Shown: positions 1 to 11,261, counted from the first letter of the stretch. The stretch is DNA of 64,000 nucleotides from Octopus vulgaris (GCA_951406725.2 OX597814.1:158348001-158412000); one strand, 5' to 3'. Program-made: numbers and translations. Notes: a model not told the origin generated them from the letters alone.

Positions 1-42
1 AGCCATCTAATCTGTTGAGTGTATATGAATAATAATAGTATT

Positions 43-43
43 A

Positions 44-115
<72 letters not shown>

Positions 116-133
116 ATAATAATAATAATAATA
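43..133. repeat. (ACT)n followed by (AAT)n microsatellite
   Basis: Directly visible; produces the poly-T/poly-N start of ORF 19..372. Confidence 0.98.
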
Positions 134-1011
134 AAACCCATCAATGGTTAAAGGCCTCTGGCTTAAAATCTGAAACAGAAGGGTCTATCATAGTAGCTCG
201 AGATCAATGCCTACATATAAGGAACTACCAGGCCAACATATTAAAGAACGGCAGTAGCCCAACATGTCGTGTATGTCAACAACAAAATCAAACCATTGAT
301 CATGTTGTCTCCAAGTGCAGTCTTCTTGCGCCTACAGAGTATCTCAACAGGCACAATATAATCACAGGGTAATTTGCAAAAGCCTAGACTTGCTTCATGA
401 TAAAAACTGGTGGGAACATAAACCACCCCCAGTGCTTCAAAATGATTACATCTCACTCGTCTGGAACTTCACCATTCAAACTGATAGAAAGATAGACGCG
501 AATAGGCCAAACATCATATTGAAGACTTCAGATAATAATCATGCCTCCTCATTGATATGACTGTCCCAATCGATATAAACTTATCTGTCAAGACCTACCA
601 AAAACTGAGCAAATATAAAGATCTTGAAATAGAAATCAGCAAAATGTGGAACCTGAAGATTAAAACAATACCTGTTGTCAAAGGTGCCCTTGAGAATGAT
701 AGCAAAAGGGGCTTATTGCTACCTAGCTCAGATACCAGGAAACCCCAAAATGGTAGAAATTCAAAAGATAGTGCTCATGGGAACTGCCCATATCCTACGC
801 AAAATATTCTCTATGTAATCTCAAGTTTTAAAACAAACATAATTTTCTTACGGTTTCTTAAACATTCTCTAGAACAACTCTATGTACAAAACCAAATATA
901 TGCCACCCTAGCCATAACACCAACATGAAATTCCAACTTGTTGTCTCTTGAGGTCTCTGGGTGAGACTTAGAGCCAACTCGTACAAATGTAAAGCAAAAA
1001 TCAAACATAAA

Positions 1012-1012
<1 letters not shown>
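134..1012 (+). mobile_element. 5'-truncated, frameshifted R4/Dong-like non-LTR retrotransposon (restriction-like endonuclease 3' end), copy 1
   Basis: ORF pieces give LKSETEG..ARDQ, CCHC knuckle CRVC..TIDHVVSKC, RH, NRP-I and KLSKYKDL. Close paralogue of the 3' part of 1054-2408, bounded by (AAT)n on both sides. Confidence 0.9.
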
Positions 1013-1053
<41 letters not shown>

Positions 1054-1056
<3 letters not shown>

Positions 1057-2406
1057 GAAAAATAAGGAAACTGTTGACAATGCATAGAATGCACCACCCT
1101 AGGGCAGATACAGAACGACTCTATCTGCCAAGAAAAGAGGGAGGCCGTGGTCTTTTGCAACTGGCAATAACAATGAAGATTGCTACAATTGGCCTAGACA
1201 CCTACCTGAAAAACTCTGAGGACTGGATGTTAAAACTTGTCTCAAAACATGAAAACAAGAAAGCATCATACTCAGTCACAAAACAGGCAAAGGAATATCT
1301 AAGTGAATTCCGAATACAACCAATTTCGGAATTAGAGATAGACATACAAGAAACAAGCACAGAAAAAGCTAGGCGCATGAAAACCCGTGCCAAAACTGCG
1401 GCCTTAGATATTCTGAATAATAAATGGCAAGAAAAACCTCTCTATGGCAAATACCCAAAGAGAGCGAATAATGCAGATATCGACAAAGCCCTGACCCATC
1501 AATGGCTAATGGCCTCTGGCTTAAAATCTGAAACAGAGGGGTTTATCATAGCAGCTCAAGATCAATGCCTACCAACAAGAAACTACCAGGCCAACATATT
1601 AAAGATCAGAAGCAGTCCAACGTGTCGTGTATGCAAGCAACAAAATGAAACCATTGACCATGTTGTCTCCAAGTGCAGTCTTCTAGCGCCTACAGAGTAT
1701 CTCAACAGGCACGATAGAGCTGCACAATATATTCACTGGGTAATCTGTAAAAACCTGGATTTGCCCCATGAAAAAAACTGGTGGGAACACAAACCACCCC
1801 CAGTGCTTGAAAATGACCACATCTCACTCCTCTGGAACTTCACCATTCAAACTGACAGGAAGATAGATGCAAATAGGCCAGACATCATATTGAAAGACTT
1901 CAAACAAAGAACATGCCTCCTCATTGATATGACTGTCCCAATCGATATAAACGTATCTGTCAGGACCTACCAAAAACTGAGCAAATATAAAGATCTTGAA
2001 ATAGAAATCAGCAAAATGTGGAAGCTGAAGACTAAAACAATACCTGTTGTCATAGGTGCCCTGGGAATGATAGCAAAAGGGGCTGATAGCTACCTAACTC
2101 AGATACCAGGAAACCCAAAAATGGCAGAAGTTCAAAAGATAGTGCTCATGGGAACTGCTCATATCCTACGCAAAATACTCTCTATGTAACCTCAAGGTTT
2201 AAAACAACCATAATTTTCGGTTCAAAAAAAAAAAAAAAAAAAAAACTTTTTTTTTTAGACATTCATTAGTACAACATCCCCACCCCCCAAATATATGGCA
2301 CACTAGGCATAACAACAACATGAACTTCCAACCCTGTTGTCTCTTGAGGTCTCTGGGTGAGACTTGGAGCCAACTTGTACAAATATAAAGCAAAAGTCAA
2401 ACATAG

Positions 2407-2408
<2 letters not shown>
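1054..2408 (+). mobile_element. 5'-truncated R4/Dong-like RLE non-LTR retrotransposon, copy 2, with 3' UTR
   Basis: Contains ORF 1074..2189, starts right after (AAT)n at 1013-1053 and ends in (AAT)n at 2408-2433. Confidence 0.92.
1074..2189 (+). CDS. C-terminal part of an RLE-LINE polyprotein: post-RT linker (RLYLPRKEGGRGL), CCHC zinc knuckle, PD-(D/E)xK restriction-like endonuclease
   Basis: Motifs CRVCKQQNETIDHVVSKC, RHD, NRPDIIL..LLIDMTVP, KLSKYKDL and PVVIGALG. Open for 371 codons but lacks the RT core. Confidence 0.88.
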   Translation: MTMHRMHHPRADTERLYLPRKEGGRGLLQLAITMKIATIGLDTYLKNSEDWMLKLVSKHENKKASYSVTKQAKEYLSEFRIQPISELEIDIQETSTEKARRMKTRAKTAALDILNNKWQEKPLYGKYPKRANNADIDKALTHQWLMASGLKSETEGFIIAAQDQCLPTRNYQANILKIRSSPTCRVCKQQNETIDHVVSKCSLLAPTEYLNRHDRAAQYIHWVICKNLDLPHEKNWWEHKPPPVLENDHISLLWNFTIQTDRKIDANRPDIILKDFKQRTCLLIDMTVPIDINVSVRTYQKLSKYKDLEIEISKMWKLKTKTIPVVIGALGMIAKGADSYLTQIPGNPKMAEVQKIVLMGTAHILRKILSM

Positions 2409-2433
<25 letters not shown>

Positions 2434-2437
<4 letters not shown>

Positions 2438-2983
2438 GCAGTACCAGGCAGTGGCTCTCATGGCTTCTGATCTTAACTGACTGGAAGTGTTATCATGTAC
2501 ATTGTTTTGTCTTGGTATAAAAGATGGGCTACAGCAAATATTCTGCTCAATACCACAGATTTGCTTGTCAGTTGTTTGACCTTAACCAGTTGAGCATGTC
2601 CCTTAGGGGCTGACGATATGTGCATCTCTGATCACGAGCAGAAGTAGTGGGGGAGCATCATAGCCATGTGTTGAGAGGGATTCTTGGAGGTTTGAATAAT
2701 TCACCTCTGGAAACATGGGTGGTTCTTTCAACATCCTTAAACAACCCTTATTCAGGGACCTTTTGAGCGGGATGGGCTACTCAACCTGAAGAAAATTCTA
2801 ACTGGGCCCCACCTGCAAGGTCATGTGCTGTTTATCTTGATATGAGATCACCATGTCGCGCACATATGGTTGTGATGCATGTGCCTGGTGTACCTTTATC
2901 AGACGGGTAGTCATGATGGGTATATTGGGCTTCGTATATTTTACCCCAGTGTCACTTTGATGGCATGCACTGCTCTCTCACTC
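2434..2983. repeat. Unclassified ~550-bp GC-richer insert between two (AAT)n tracts, probably a retroposon fragment
   Basis: Sharp composition change, flanked by (AAT)n on both sides, no recognisable ORF. Confidence 0.5.
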
Positions 2984-3043
<60 letters not shown>

Positions 3044-3086
3044 TAATAATAATAATAAAAATAATAATAATAATAATAGTAATAAC

Positions 3087-3117
<31 letters not shown>

Positions 3118-3125
3118 TTGCTATT

Positions 3126-3190
<65 letters not shown>

Positions 3191-3266
3191 CATTATTATT
3201 ATTATTATTATTATTATAATTATTATTATTATCATCATCATTATTATTGTTGTTGTTGTTTTATTA
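2984..3266. repeat. (AAT)n switching to (ATT)n, an imperfect inverted microsatellite
   Basis: Directly visible; strand switch near 3093. Confidence 0.95.
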
Positions 3267-4284
3267 TGCTGACTATGAGAGACTGATGCAAATATTTAGT
3301 CTCTTAAAGTAAATATAGTGATTAAGCCAGTAGCGGTTTTGCAAGTTTGTTTTGTTTCAAGACTATTTGATCTAGGAACTTCAAATATGTTACGAATGGA
3401 AAAATAATTCAGCTTCAGGTTGTACTCGGTGAGAACCTGAAACCTGACAAAAAGTAAAAGAAAACGATCAATATATATTTTATAAGCACATGAGCGCCGT
3501 TGACCAAGAATTAAATAAATTCAGTTTTGTAACGCTATCAGTTTAACTCGTGGCTGGATAGGTTTTGCATAAATCAGTACCTGGTTTGTTTACTGATTTG
3601 TTTATCGCAACAAGGATTTTCGGCTTAGCTCAAAACATTTGGAATGCTTTTCCCTTAGGAAATCAAGTCAAAACCACATAATTGGTGATCCACCGATGTT
3701 CTGATTAAAGGCCTGAAATGTTTTTTCTTTACAACACAAGTGTTTTGAGATGTTTATGCAAGAAAATTATCAAAGCTAATATTGTTGCACGTTTTACAGT
3801 CATTATAAATGTTTTACACACAGATTTTAATATTGTTTTGAAACAAAGGAATTTCTTAAAATCCTGTTTCCCTTGCGTACTAGGTTACGAGAATACAAAA
3901 ACGTGTTACAAGCGTCAAAGCACAATTTGACCGAATATATTCAATTCTGAATTATTCCGAATATACACGTGTACCGAGATGTAACTTGAAAAGCCCGCCT
4001 CTTAGATAGATATATAAGTGTGAACATTTCTATGTGCTATGTTGGATACATTTGATCTTCGTCTGATTTTGCTCATTTTTATGTCTTGATTATGCATGAA
4101 CTGACGATTAAAAAGTGGATTATGTACACTAACTATGAAATCATATGATTTGCAGCTGAATCTGTTTTTAAGGGATGATTTTCAAGTTGCATTCCTTCGC
4201 TGTCGGTACACTGTATATTTATTATGGTAGTTCATAGCGTGAGGAATTTACGTGTAGTAATGCCCTTAATATATATATATATAT

Positions 4285-4683
4285 ACTCTTTTACTCTTTT
4301 ACTTGTTTCAGTCATTTTGACTGCGGCCATGCTGGAGCACCGCCTTTAGTCGAGCAAATCGACCCCGGGACTTATTTTTTGTAAGCCCAGTACTTATTCT
4401 ATCGGTCTCTTTGCCGAACCGCTAAGTGACGGGGACGTAAACACCAGCATCGGTTGTCAAGCAATGCTAGGGGGACAAACACACACACACAAACACACAC
4501 ATATATATATACATATATACGACAGGCTTCTTTCAGTTTCCGTCTACCAAATCCACTCACAAGGCTTTGGTCGGCCCGGGGCTATAGCAGAAGACACTTA
4601 CCCAAGATGCCACGCAGTGGGACAGAACCCGGAACCATGTGGTTGGTTAGCAAGCTACTTACCACACAGCCACTCCTGCGCCT
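4285..4683 (-). mobile_element. tRNA-derived SINE, family 1, full length
   Basis: Minus strand starts AGGCGCAGGAGTGGCTGTGTGG (A-box) ... GGTTCTGTCCC (B-box-like). It has an internal CA/TA tract and the tail GGCGGTGCTCCAGCATGGCCGCAGTC..GACTGAAACAAGTAAAAGAG. Near-identical copies at 39470 and 51243. Confidence 0.9.
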
Positions 4684-4694
4684 ATATATATACA

Positions 4695-4740
<46 letters not shown>

Positions 4741-5289
4741 GTACTGATCCGTGATAGAAAATTCAACAAAATAGCACGCCATCAAGTGAGAGATAAATAT
4801 CATTTGTTTAAAGATCACAAAACATGTATTAAAGCTGCATCAAAGTGCTACTAGTAGTTAATATGTTGAGAAAACTCAAACACATTCTTCAGGCACAAAC
4901 CACATATAACAAACTAAAGAAATTGAATAATAGTAGAAACGTGAAAAAAACTGAAGAGGCAGCATATAGAAAACGCAGACAGGAAACAACGGAAAACGAA
5001 AAGCACAACAAAAATGTAAAAATTAAAAAGTAAAAAGAGAAAAGAGCTATCCTCCTTAGACCTTAAATGATAAGGCTGGAAGATATACAAGTTTACTCTT
5101 AAAGAAGACAGCTGCTACTAACTTAATTATTGGTAAACGTCCAGTCATAAAACTAGAAACAAACTGAAAAATGTTAATAAATTCATAACTGAAGAGTCAC
5201 TGTCGTTAGGATTTCTAATGTTTTCTTTAATGTTTCGATCGCGTTCCCTTTTAGGTTTCTGATTTCTTTATGTAAGCTTTTAAACATTT

Positions 5290-5630
5290 AATGGTTTCTA
5301 ATTATCATATTGTTGTAATACAGTATCATTGTTCATCTTTTTTAATGTGGCATACGCAGAATTTGAAGTTATAATCTCTTTTAATGCTGGAGGTTGGAAT
5401 GCTATCTTCCAGGATCTTCCGTGTATAAATAAAATCACACCTATGTCATTCAAAGTGTGGAGACGTAGGGCCTTGAGACGTTCCCAGTGGCTAAGGGCTT
5501 TAACTGAAGTTGTACGAGTGAACGTTCTCTGTGATATTTCGATATCTTCAATGAGAAGAGATGATTTTGGGGACAATGTTGTGAATAGTAATCTAGTCAA
5601 CTAAAAACTAATGTTTTCCATAGCGTCAGT
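5290..5630 (-). pseudogene. Old LINE RT C-terminal remnant
   Basis: IEDIEISQRTFTR..LSHWERLKALRLHTL resembles LEAIQRSYTK..MSYRERLKRLKLYSL in ORF 51691..52497. Confidence 0.65.
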
Positions 5631-6375
5631 CAAACTACTAATTTTCTTGTTATGAAAGTTCTAGGATCTATTATATATGAGGTATCTATTTAGAGACGAA
5701 GTTAGTGATGTGTCCGATGAAAGTGGCATCATTTGACATGATTACTCATGGTCATTAGATATCTGATCAAAGGTCAACTATTCAAATAGTTTCACAAGAC
5801 AATCCATTAACAACCACCAACTCCGAAACCTCCCCCAATCAAATATCTTGTGTTTACCATTCACTATTGTCTTTCAGCTATCGTTCATCAACAATCTTTC
5901 ACTCCCACCCTGATTAACAAACCCCAACCCCACCACAAACATACCAAATCCTATATATAGAATCACAAAACCCTAAATCTTCAGATCTGTTTGACAACGA
6001 ATGTGAGAGTTTTCCAAGGAAGTTAACAAGAAGCTTTTTTTTAACTCTCCACACCCAAGTTAACAAAGAACTTACTAGATCTATGAACTAAAATTTATAT
6101 TATTAAAGAGTTAAGAAATAATAAATGAAACTGATTAGAACTACCAGTAAATTCATTCGTTTTCTTTTTTCATATATATATATATATATATATATACATC
6201 ACCTAAAGCTCCACGAGGCTCCGGCAGGGAGTGGTGGTGATCCCTGATGTACTCTTTCGCCACAACTTTCTCTCACTCTTTCTTCTGCTGGCCTGCTCGC
6301 TTAAACAATGCGCTTCGCATTGTGACCAGCGATGTTTAGCAACATGTGATAGCCTGGTCGGTCACGGTGATCACG

Positions 6376-6420
<45 letters not shown>

Positions 6421-6616
6421 AAACTCGTTAAAATGAATGTTCCATAATTCACCTTTTGTAGAGAGGAAAACAGACAGATGGAGGAAAATTCTTCTTATAT
6501 ATAGAAGATCTGAAAGTGACCGTGCTTTACCAGTAAGCTACCAAGTGTAAACCATTCGTTTTATTATCCATTATATTTTATTTGCACCGTTGCTGACGTC
6601 CTGTATCCATATGTGC

Positions 6617-6667
<51 letters not shown>

Positions 6668-6905
6668 TAAGGGTAGAAATTGATATTTATCAATTAAGAC
6701 CAGTGGTCTAGCATATTAAAAAAGAATCCGAAGATTAAAATATTTATATATACCAATTAAGGACTGAACACGAAAAGTGGACAGTCAACATGCTAGATAT
6801 AGACATCAAATCGTCATTCACCACAAAAGATTATGTTCTCAGATCAAACTCAACACAAAGCCATAGCAATAAACAAGTGAAAAATATACGAAATAAAATA
6901 ATTAC

Positions 6906-6970
6906 CCATGTACTAACTTAGTTTCAGCTGTTATTTTCCGCAAGGAAAACTGCAGCCATCATCAGCATGG
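6906..6970 (-). ncRNA. Type I hammerhead ribozyme, family A
   Basis: Reverse complement of 7537-7601. Confidence 0.85.
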
Positions 6971-7536
6971 TCCGTTATAAATGTAATTTGCTGGACTAGA
7001 TGCAAACACGATACCGAAATATCGCGTGCATGGAGTTCAGCCTATTACATTTGAATATATCTTTCAAATGCCTTTACTTTGGCGCGTTGAAACCCGAGAA
7101 AACTAGCCTGCAGCTAGTAATTAGCAGCAGTTAATTTATCGGTTAGAGAACATATTTATTTATATAAAATTAATTAAGGGTAGAAATTGATATTTATCAA
7201 TTAAGACCAGTGGTCTAGCATATTAAAAAAGAATCCGAAGATTAAAATATTTATATATACCAATTAAGGACTGAACACGAAAAGTGGACAGTCAACATGC
7301 TAGATATAGACGTCAAATCGTCATTCACCACAAAAGATTATGTTCTCAGATCAAACTCAACACAAAACCATAGCAATAAACAAGTGAAAAATATACGAAA
7401 TAAAATAACTCGGGTTTCAACGCGCCAAAGTAAAGGCATTTGAAAGATATATTCAAATGTAATAGGCTGAACTCCATGCACGCGATATTTCGGTATCGTG
7501 TTTGCATCTAGTCCAGCAAATTACATTTATAACGGA

Positions 7537-7601
7537 CCATGCTGATGATGGCTGCAGTTTTCCTTGCGGAAAATAACAGCTGAAACTAAGTTAGTACATG
7601 G
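7537..7601 (+). ncRNA. Type I hammerhead ribozyme, family A
   Basis: CCAUG-CUGAUGA-u-GGCUG...CAGCU-GAAA-CUAAGUUAG-UA^-CAUGG. Stem I is CCAUG/CAUGG, stem III is ACUA/UAGU, with GUA cleavage after 7596. Confidence 0.85.
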
Positions 7602-8043
7602 GTAATTATTTTATTTCGTATATTTTTCACTTGTTTATTGCTATGGTTTTGTGTTGAGTTTGATCTGAGAACATAATCTTTTGTGGTGAATGACGATTTG
7701 ACGTCTATATCTAGCATGTTGACTGTCCACTTTTCGTGTTCAGTCCTTAATTGGTATATATAAATATTTTAATCTTCGGATTCTTTTTTAATATGCTAGA
7801 CCACTGGTCTTAATTGATAAATATCAATTTCTACCCTTAATTAATTTTATATAAATAAATATGTTCTCTAACCGATAAATTAACTGCTGCTAATTACTAG
7901 CTGCAGGTTAGTTTTCTCGGGTTTCAACGCGCCAAAGTAAAGGCATTTGAAAGATATATTCAAATGTAATAGGCTGAACTCCATGCACGCGATATTTCGG
8001 TATCGTGTTTGCATCTAGTCCAGCAAATTACATTTATAACGGA

Positions 8044-8108
8044 CCATGCTGATGATGGCTGCAGTTTTCCTTGCGGAAAATAACAGCTGAAACTAAGTTA
8101 GTACATGG
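8044..8108 (+). ncRNA. Type I hammerhead ribozyme, family A
   Basis: Same as 7537-7601, offset +507. Confidence 0.85.
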
Positions 8109-8550
8109 GTAATTATTTTATTTCGTATATTTTTCACTTGTTTATTGCTATAGTTTTGTGTTGAGTTTGATCTGAGAACATAATCTTTTGTGGTGAATGA
8201 CGATTTGACGTCTATATCTAGCATGTTGACTGTCCACTTTTCGTGTTCAGTCCTTAATTGGTATATATAAATATTTTAATCTTCGGATTCTTTTTTAATA
8301 TGCTAGACCACTGGTCTTAATTGATAAATATCAATTTCTACCCTTAATTAATTTTATATAAATAAATATGTTCTCTAACCGATAAATTAACTGCTGCTAA
8401 TTACTAGCTGCAGGCTAGTTTTCTCGGGTTTCAACGCGCCAAAGTAAAGGCATTTGAAAGATATATTCAAATGTAATAGGCTGAACTCCATGCACGCGAT
8501 ATTTCGGTATCGTGTTTGCATCTAGTCCAGCAAATTACATTTATAACGGA

Positions 8551-8615
8551 CCATGCTGATGATGGCTGCAGTTTTCCTTGCGGAAAATAACAGCTGAAAC
8601 TAAGTTAGTACATGG
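8551..8615 (+). ncRNA. Type I hammerhead ribozyme, family A
   Basis: Same as 7537-7601, offset +1014. Confidence 0.85.
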
Positions 8616-9057
8616 GTAATTATTTTATTTCGTATATTTTTCACTTGTTTATTGCTATGGTTTTGTGTTGAGTTTGATCTGAGAACATAATCTTTTGTGG
8701 TGAATGACGATTTGACGTCTATATCTAGCATGTTGACTGTCCACTTTTCGTGTTCAGTCCTTAATTGGTATATATAAATATTTTAATCTTCGGATTCTTT
8801 TTTAATATGCTAGACCACTGGTCTTAATTGATAAATATCAATTTCTACCCTTAATTAATTTTATATAAATAAATATGTTCTCTAACCGATAAATTAACTG
8901 CTGCTAATTACTAGCTGCAGGCTAGTTTTCTCGGGTTTCAACGCGCCAAAGTAAAGGCATTTGAAAGATATATTCAAATGTAATAGGCTGAACTCCATGC
9001 ACGCGATATTTCGGTATCGTGTTTGCATCTAGTCCAGCAAATTACATTTATAACGGA

Positions 9058-9122
9058 CCATGCTGATGATAGCTGCAGTTTTCCTTGCGGAAAATAACAG
9101 CTGAAACTAAGTTAGTACATGG
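9058..9122 (+). ncRNA. Type I hammerhead ribozyme, family A
   Basis: As above; a G>A change at 9071 turns the first G.U pair of stem II into A-U. Confidence 0.85.
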
Positions 9123-9273
9123 GTAATTATTTTATTTCGTATATTTTTCACTTGTTTATTGCTATGGTTTTGTGTTGAGTTTGATCTGAGAACATAATCT
9201 TTTGTGGTGAATGACGATTTGACGTCTATATCTAGTATGTTGACTGTCCACTTTTCGTGTTCAGTCCTTAATT

Positions 9274-9309
<36 letters not shown>

Positions 9310-9312
<3 letters not shown>

Positions 9313-9683
9313 TTGTTTTCCGTGAAAGTTTGGCGCGCTGTTAGTTGGGGCATTTGAATTATAACGTCGGATGTAATCAATTGAACCACACGCGTATTTA
9401 TCGTTATGGTAAAATCTGGCGTGTGATTGAGTGGATTTCATCCAGATAGTTTTGGCTGAAGAGCTACAAGTGGATTTTATTGTAAGTAAAATTACATTTA
9501 ATTCATTAATAGCGAAACAATTGTCCCAAAATAATCTGTATTTGTTATTTTTTATTTGCCCTGTCCGTGTGAGCTAACAATCGTACTGACTTTCATGGGA
9601 AACATGTATTTTTGTGGTTGAAACCTTTTGGATTAACTGGTGCTAGAGTGAGCCATATAGTGACCACTCTCTTATATTTATTT

Positions 9684-9685
<2 letters not shown>
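9310..9685 (+). mobile_element. (TA)n-flanked non-coding mini-element carrying HHR family B
   Basis: Bounded by (TA)n at 9276-9308 and 9685-9715, with an internal HHR. Confidence 0.7.
9443..9538 (+). ncRNA. Type I hammerhead ribozyme, family B
   Basis: UUUUGG-CUGAAGA-GCUA...UAGC-GAAA-CAAUUG-UC^-CCAAAA. Stem I extends as CAGAU/AUCUG, with GUC cleavage after 9525. Confidence 0.88.
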
Positions 9686-9715
<30 letters not shown>

Positions 9716-9716
9716 G

Positions 9717-10247
9717 TTATCAGTAATAATATAGGGTGAAATTAATTAATTTGGAATAATCATTAATTTCACCAAATTTCATCCCAGTAAATGACCACAA
9801 CATCTTGTCTTAGCTGCACGCTGGTGGGAAGGGGTTGGTGACACAAACTTTCATTCACACTTTGAATTTGGTGATACTGGTAACGGCTTTAGCTCGCTCT
9901 GATACTGAGTTGAGATGATGCCTTCTAGTACCTCGAAATTTAATATACAATTATTCATAATTGTAGTGTCCTACGCTGATGAGAAAATAAGTTGGGTAAG
10001 ACATAATTATCTAATTCTTATGCTTTCCTAAAACTTAATTTCGAAACGTACGTCCGTAGGTGACTTAAAATTGTATGATAGATTGCCGTCATTTCTTTCT
10101 CTCTTGCCTGTCTGTGTTTGCCTTTCAAGTGCTGTGGTTTTACTGAGATCTCCCTTTTAGTAGAAAGAATAGCTATAACTCTTTGACTGCTATTTCTAAA
10201 TTCGGTGTGTGGTGAGGCAAATCGTTGCTAAACCCTTAATTACTTAG

Positions 10248-10248
<1 letters not shown>
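9717..10248 (+). mobile_element. (TA)n-flanked non-coding mini-element carrying HHR family C, with a short inverted terminal piece at 9720-9775
   Basis: Bounded by (TA)n, contains an HHR and ends CCCTTAATTACTTAG(TA)n. Confidence 0.7.
9970..10060 (+). ncRNA. Type I hammerhead ribozyme, family C
   Basis: CCUACG-CUGAUGA-GAAAAUAAGUU...AACUUAAUUUC-GAAA-CGUACG-UC^-CGUAGG, with GUC cleavage after 10054. Confidence 0.9.
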
Positions 10249-10318
<70 letters not shown>

Positions 10319-10691
10319 CTGTGTGTGTGTGTGTGTGTACATACATACATACTTAACTACCTACATACATACATACAAAAATACGTATACAAAATACTGT
10401 AATTCCTGATTGCAATGACTTGCTTCAGAATATCTTCTGGGATAGATTATTGTTGGCGTTTTCGATGTTATTTGTAAATATGATTGGAATGAGGGTTTTT
10501 GTATCAAAATTCCAGCTATAATCTAAGATGAAAATATTTTGCTGTAGGCTAGTATAATCAGAAATATCAATATAGTTATTTATAAGAATTTATATCATAG
10601 AATCAAATCAATATACTTATGCACAAACATACATACGTACATATACATATATATACATACACACACATATATATATATATATATATACAAG

Positions 10692-10727
<36 letters not shown>

Positions 10728-10729
10728 AG

Positions 10730-10787
<58 letters not shown>

Positions 10788-11261
10788 ACATACATACATT
10801 CATGTAATTATATTCAGATTTCTGTTTGGCTTCATATTCACCAACTCTGATGATATTTAATATACATAAAGAAGCATAATATTTTAAAACATGTGACCTA
10901 ACAAAGTGATAGTTGCGAATCTGTGCAGTAGAATATCTTTTAAGAGAAGTTTGCGGTATTACAAAGCGGTAATATTTTGAATCATCGGAAATCCATTGTG
11001 GATAAATACCTGTTTATTTAAATACTCTCCAATAATTGTTTACACAAAATCTCCCTTTTCAATTACAAGATTTGCACAATGTGTGGTTTACGAAAGATTA
11101 GAGTATTGGGGGGATTTGAGGATTGTGTCTTTAGAATTATTCATTGTATTTTATATAACTAGCATGTAAAGGTTATAAGGAATAATACCCGGAGGAGGTG
11201 ACAGCTGCGGTATTACCAGGAAGACAGCTAATTTATCCAGAATAGTAGTACAAATCTTTAT

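Larger units (their letters stand above)
6653..9280. repeat. 507-bp unit array: about 1.5 units on minus (6653-7408) joined divergently to about 3.7 units on plus (7409-9280); retrozyme-like
   Basis: CGGGTTTCAACGCGCC recurs at 7411, 7918, 8425 and 8932 (period 507). AATTAATTAAGGGTAG occurs at 6661 and 7168. Both ends lie in (TA)n. Confidence 0.97.

Noticed and set aside
1074-2189. Domesticated host nuclease gene
   Set aside because: It begins abruptly at a microsatellite, has an adjacent decayed paralogue and a LINE-type 3' tail; better explained as a young truncated insertion.
6653-9280. CRISPR-like or coding tandem array
   Set aside because: Units are 507 bp, contiguous and have no unique spacers; no ORF and a eukaryotic context.
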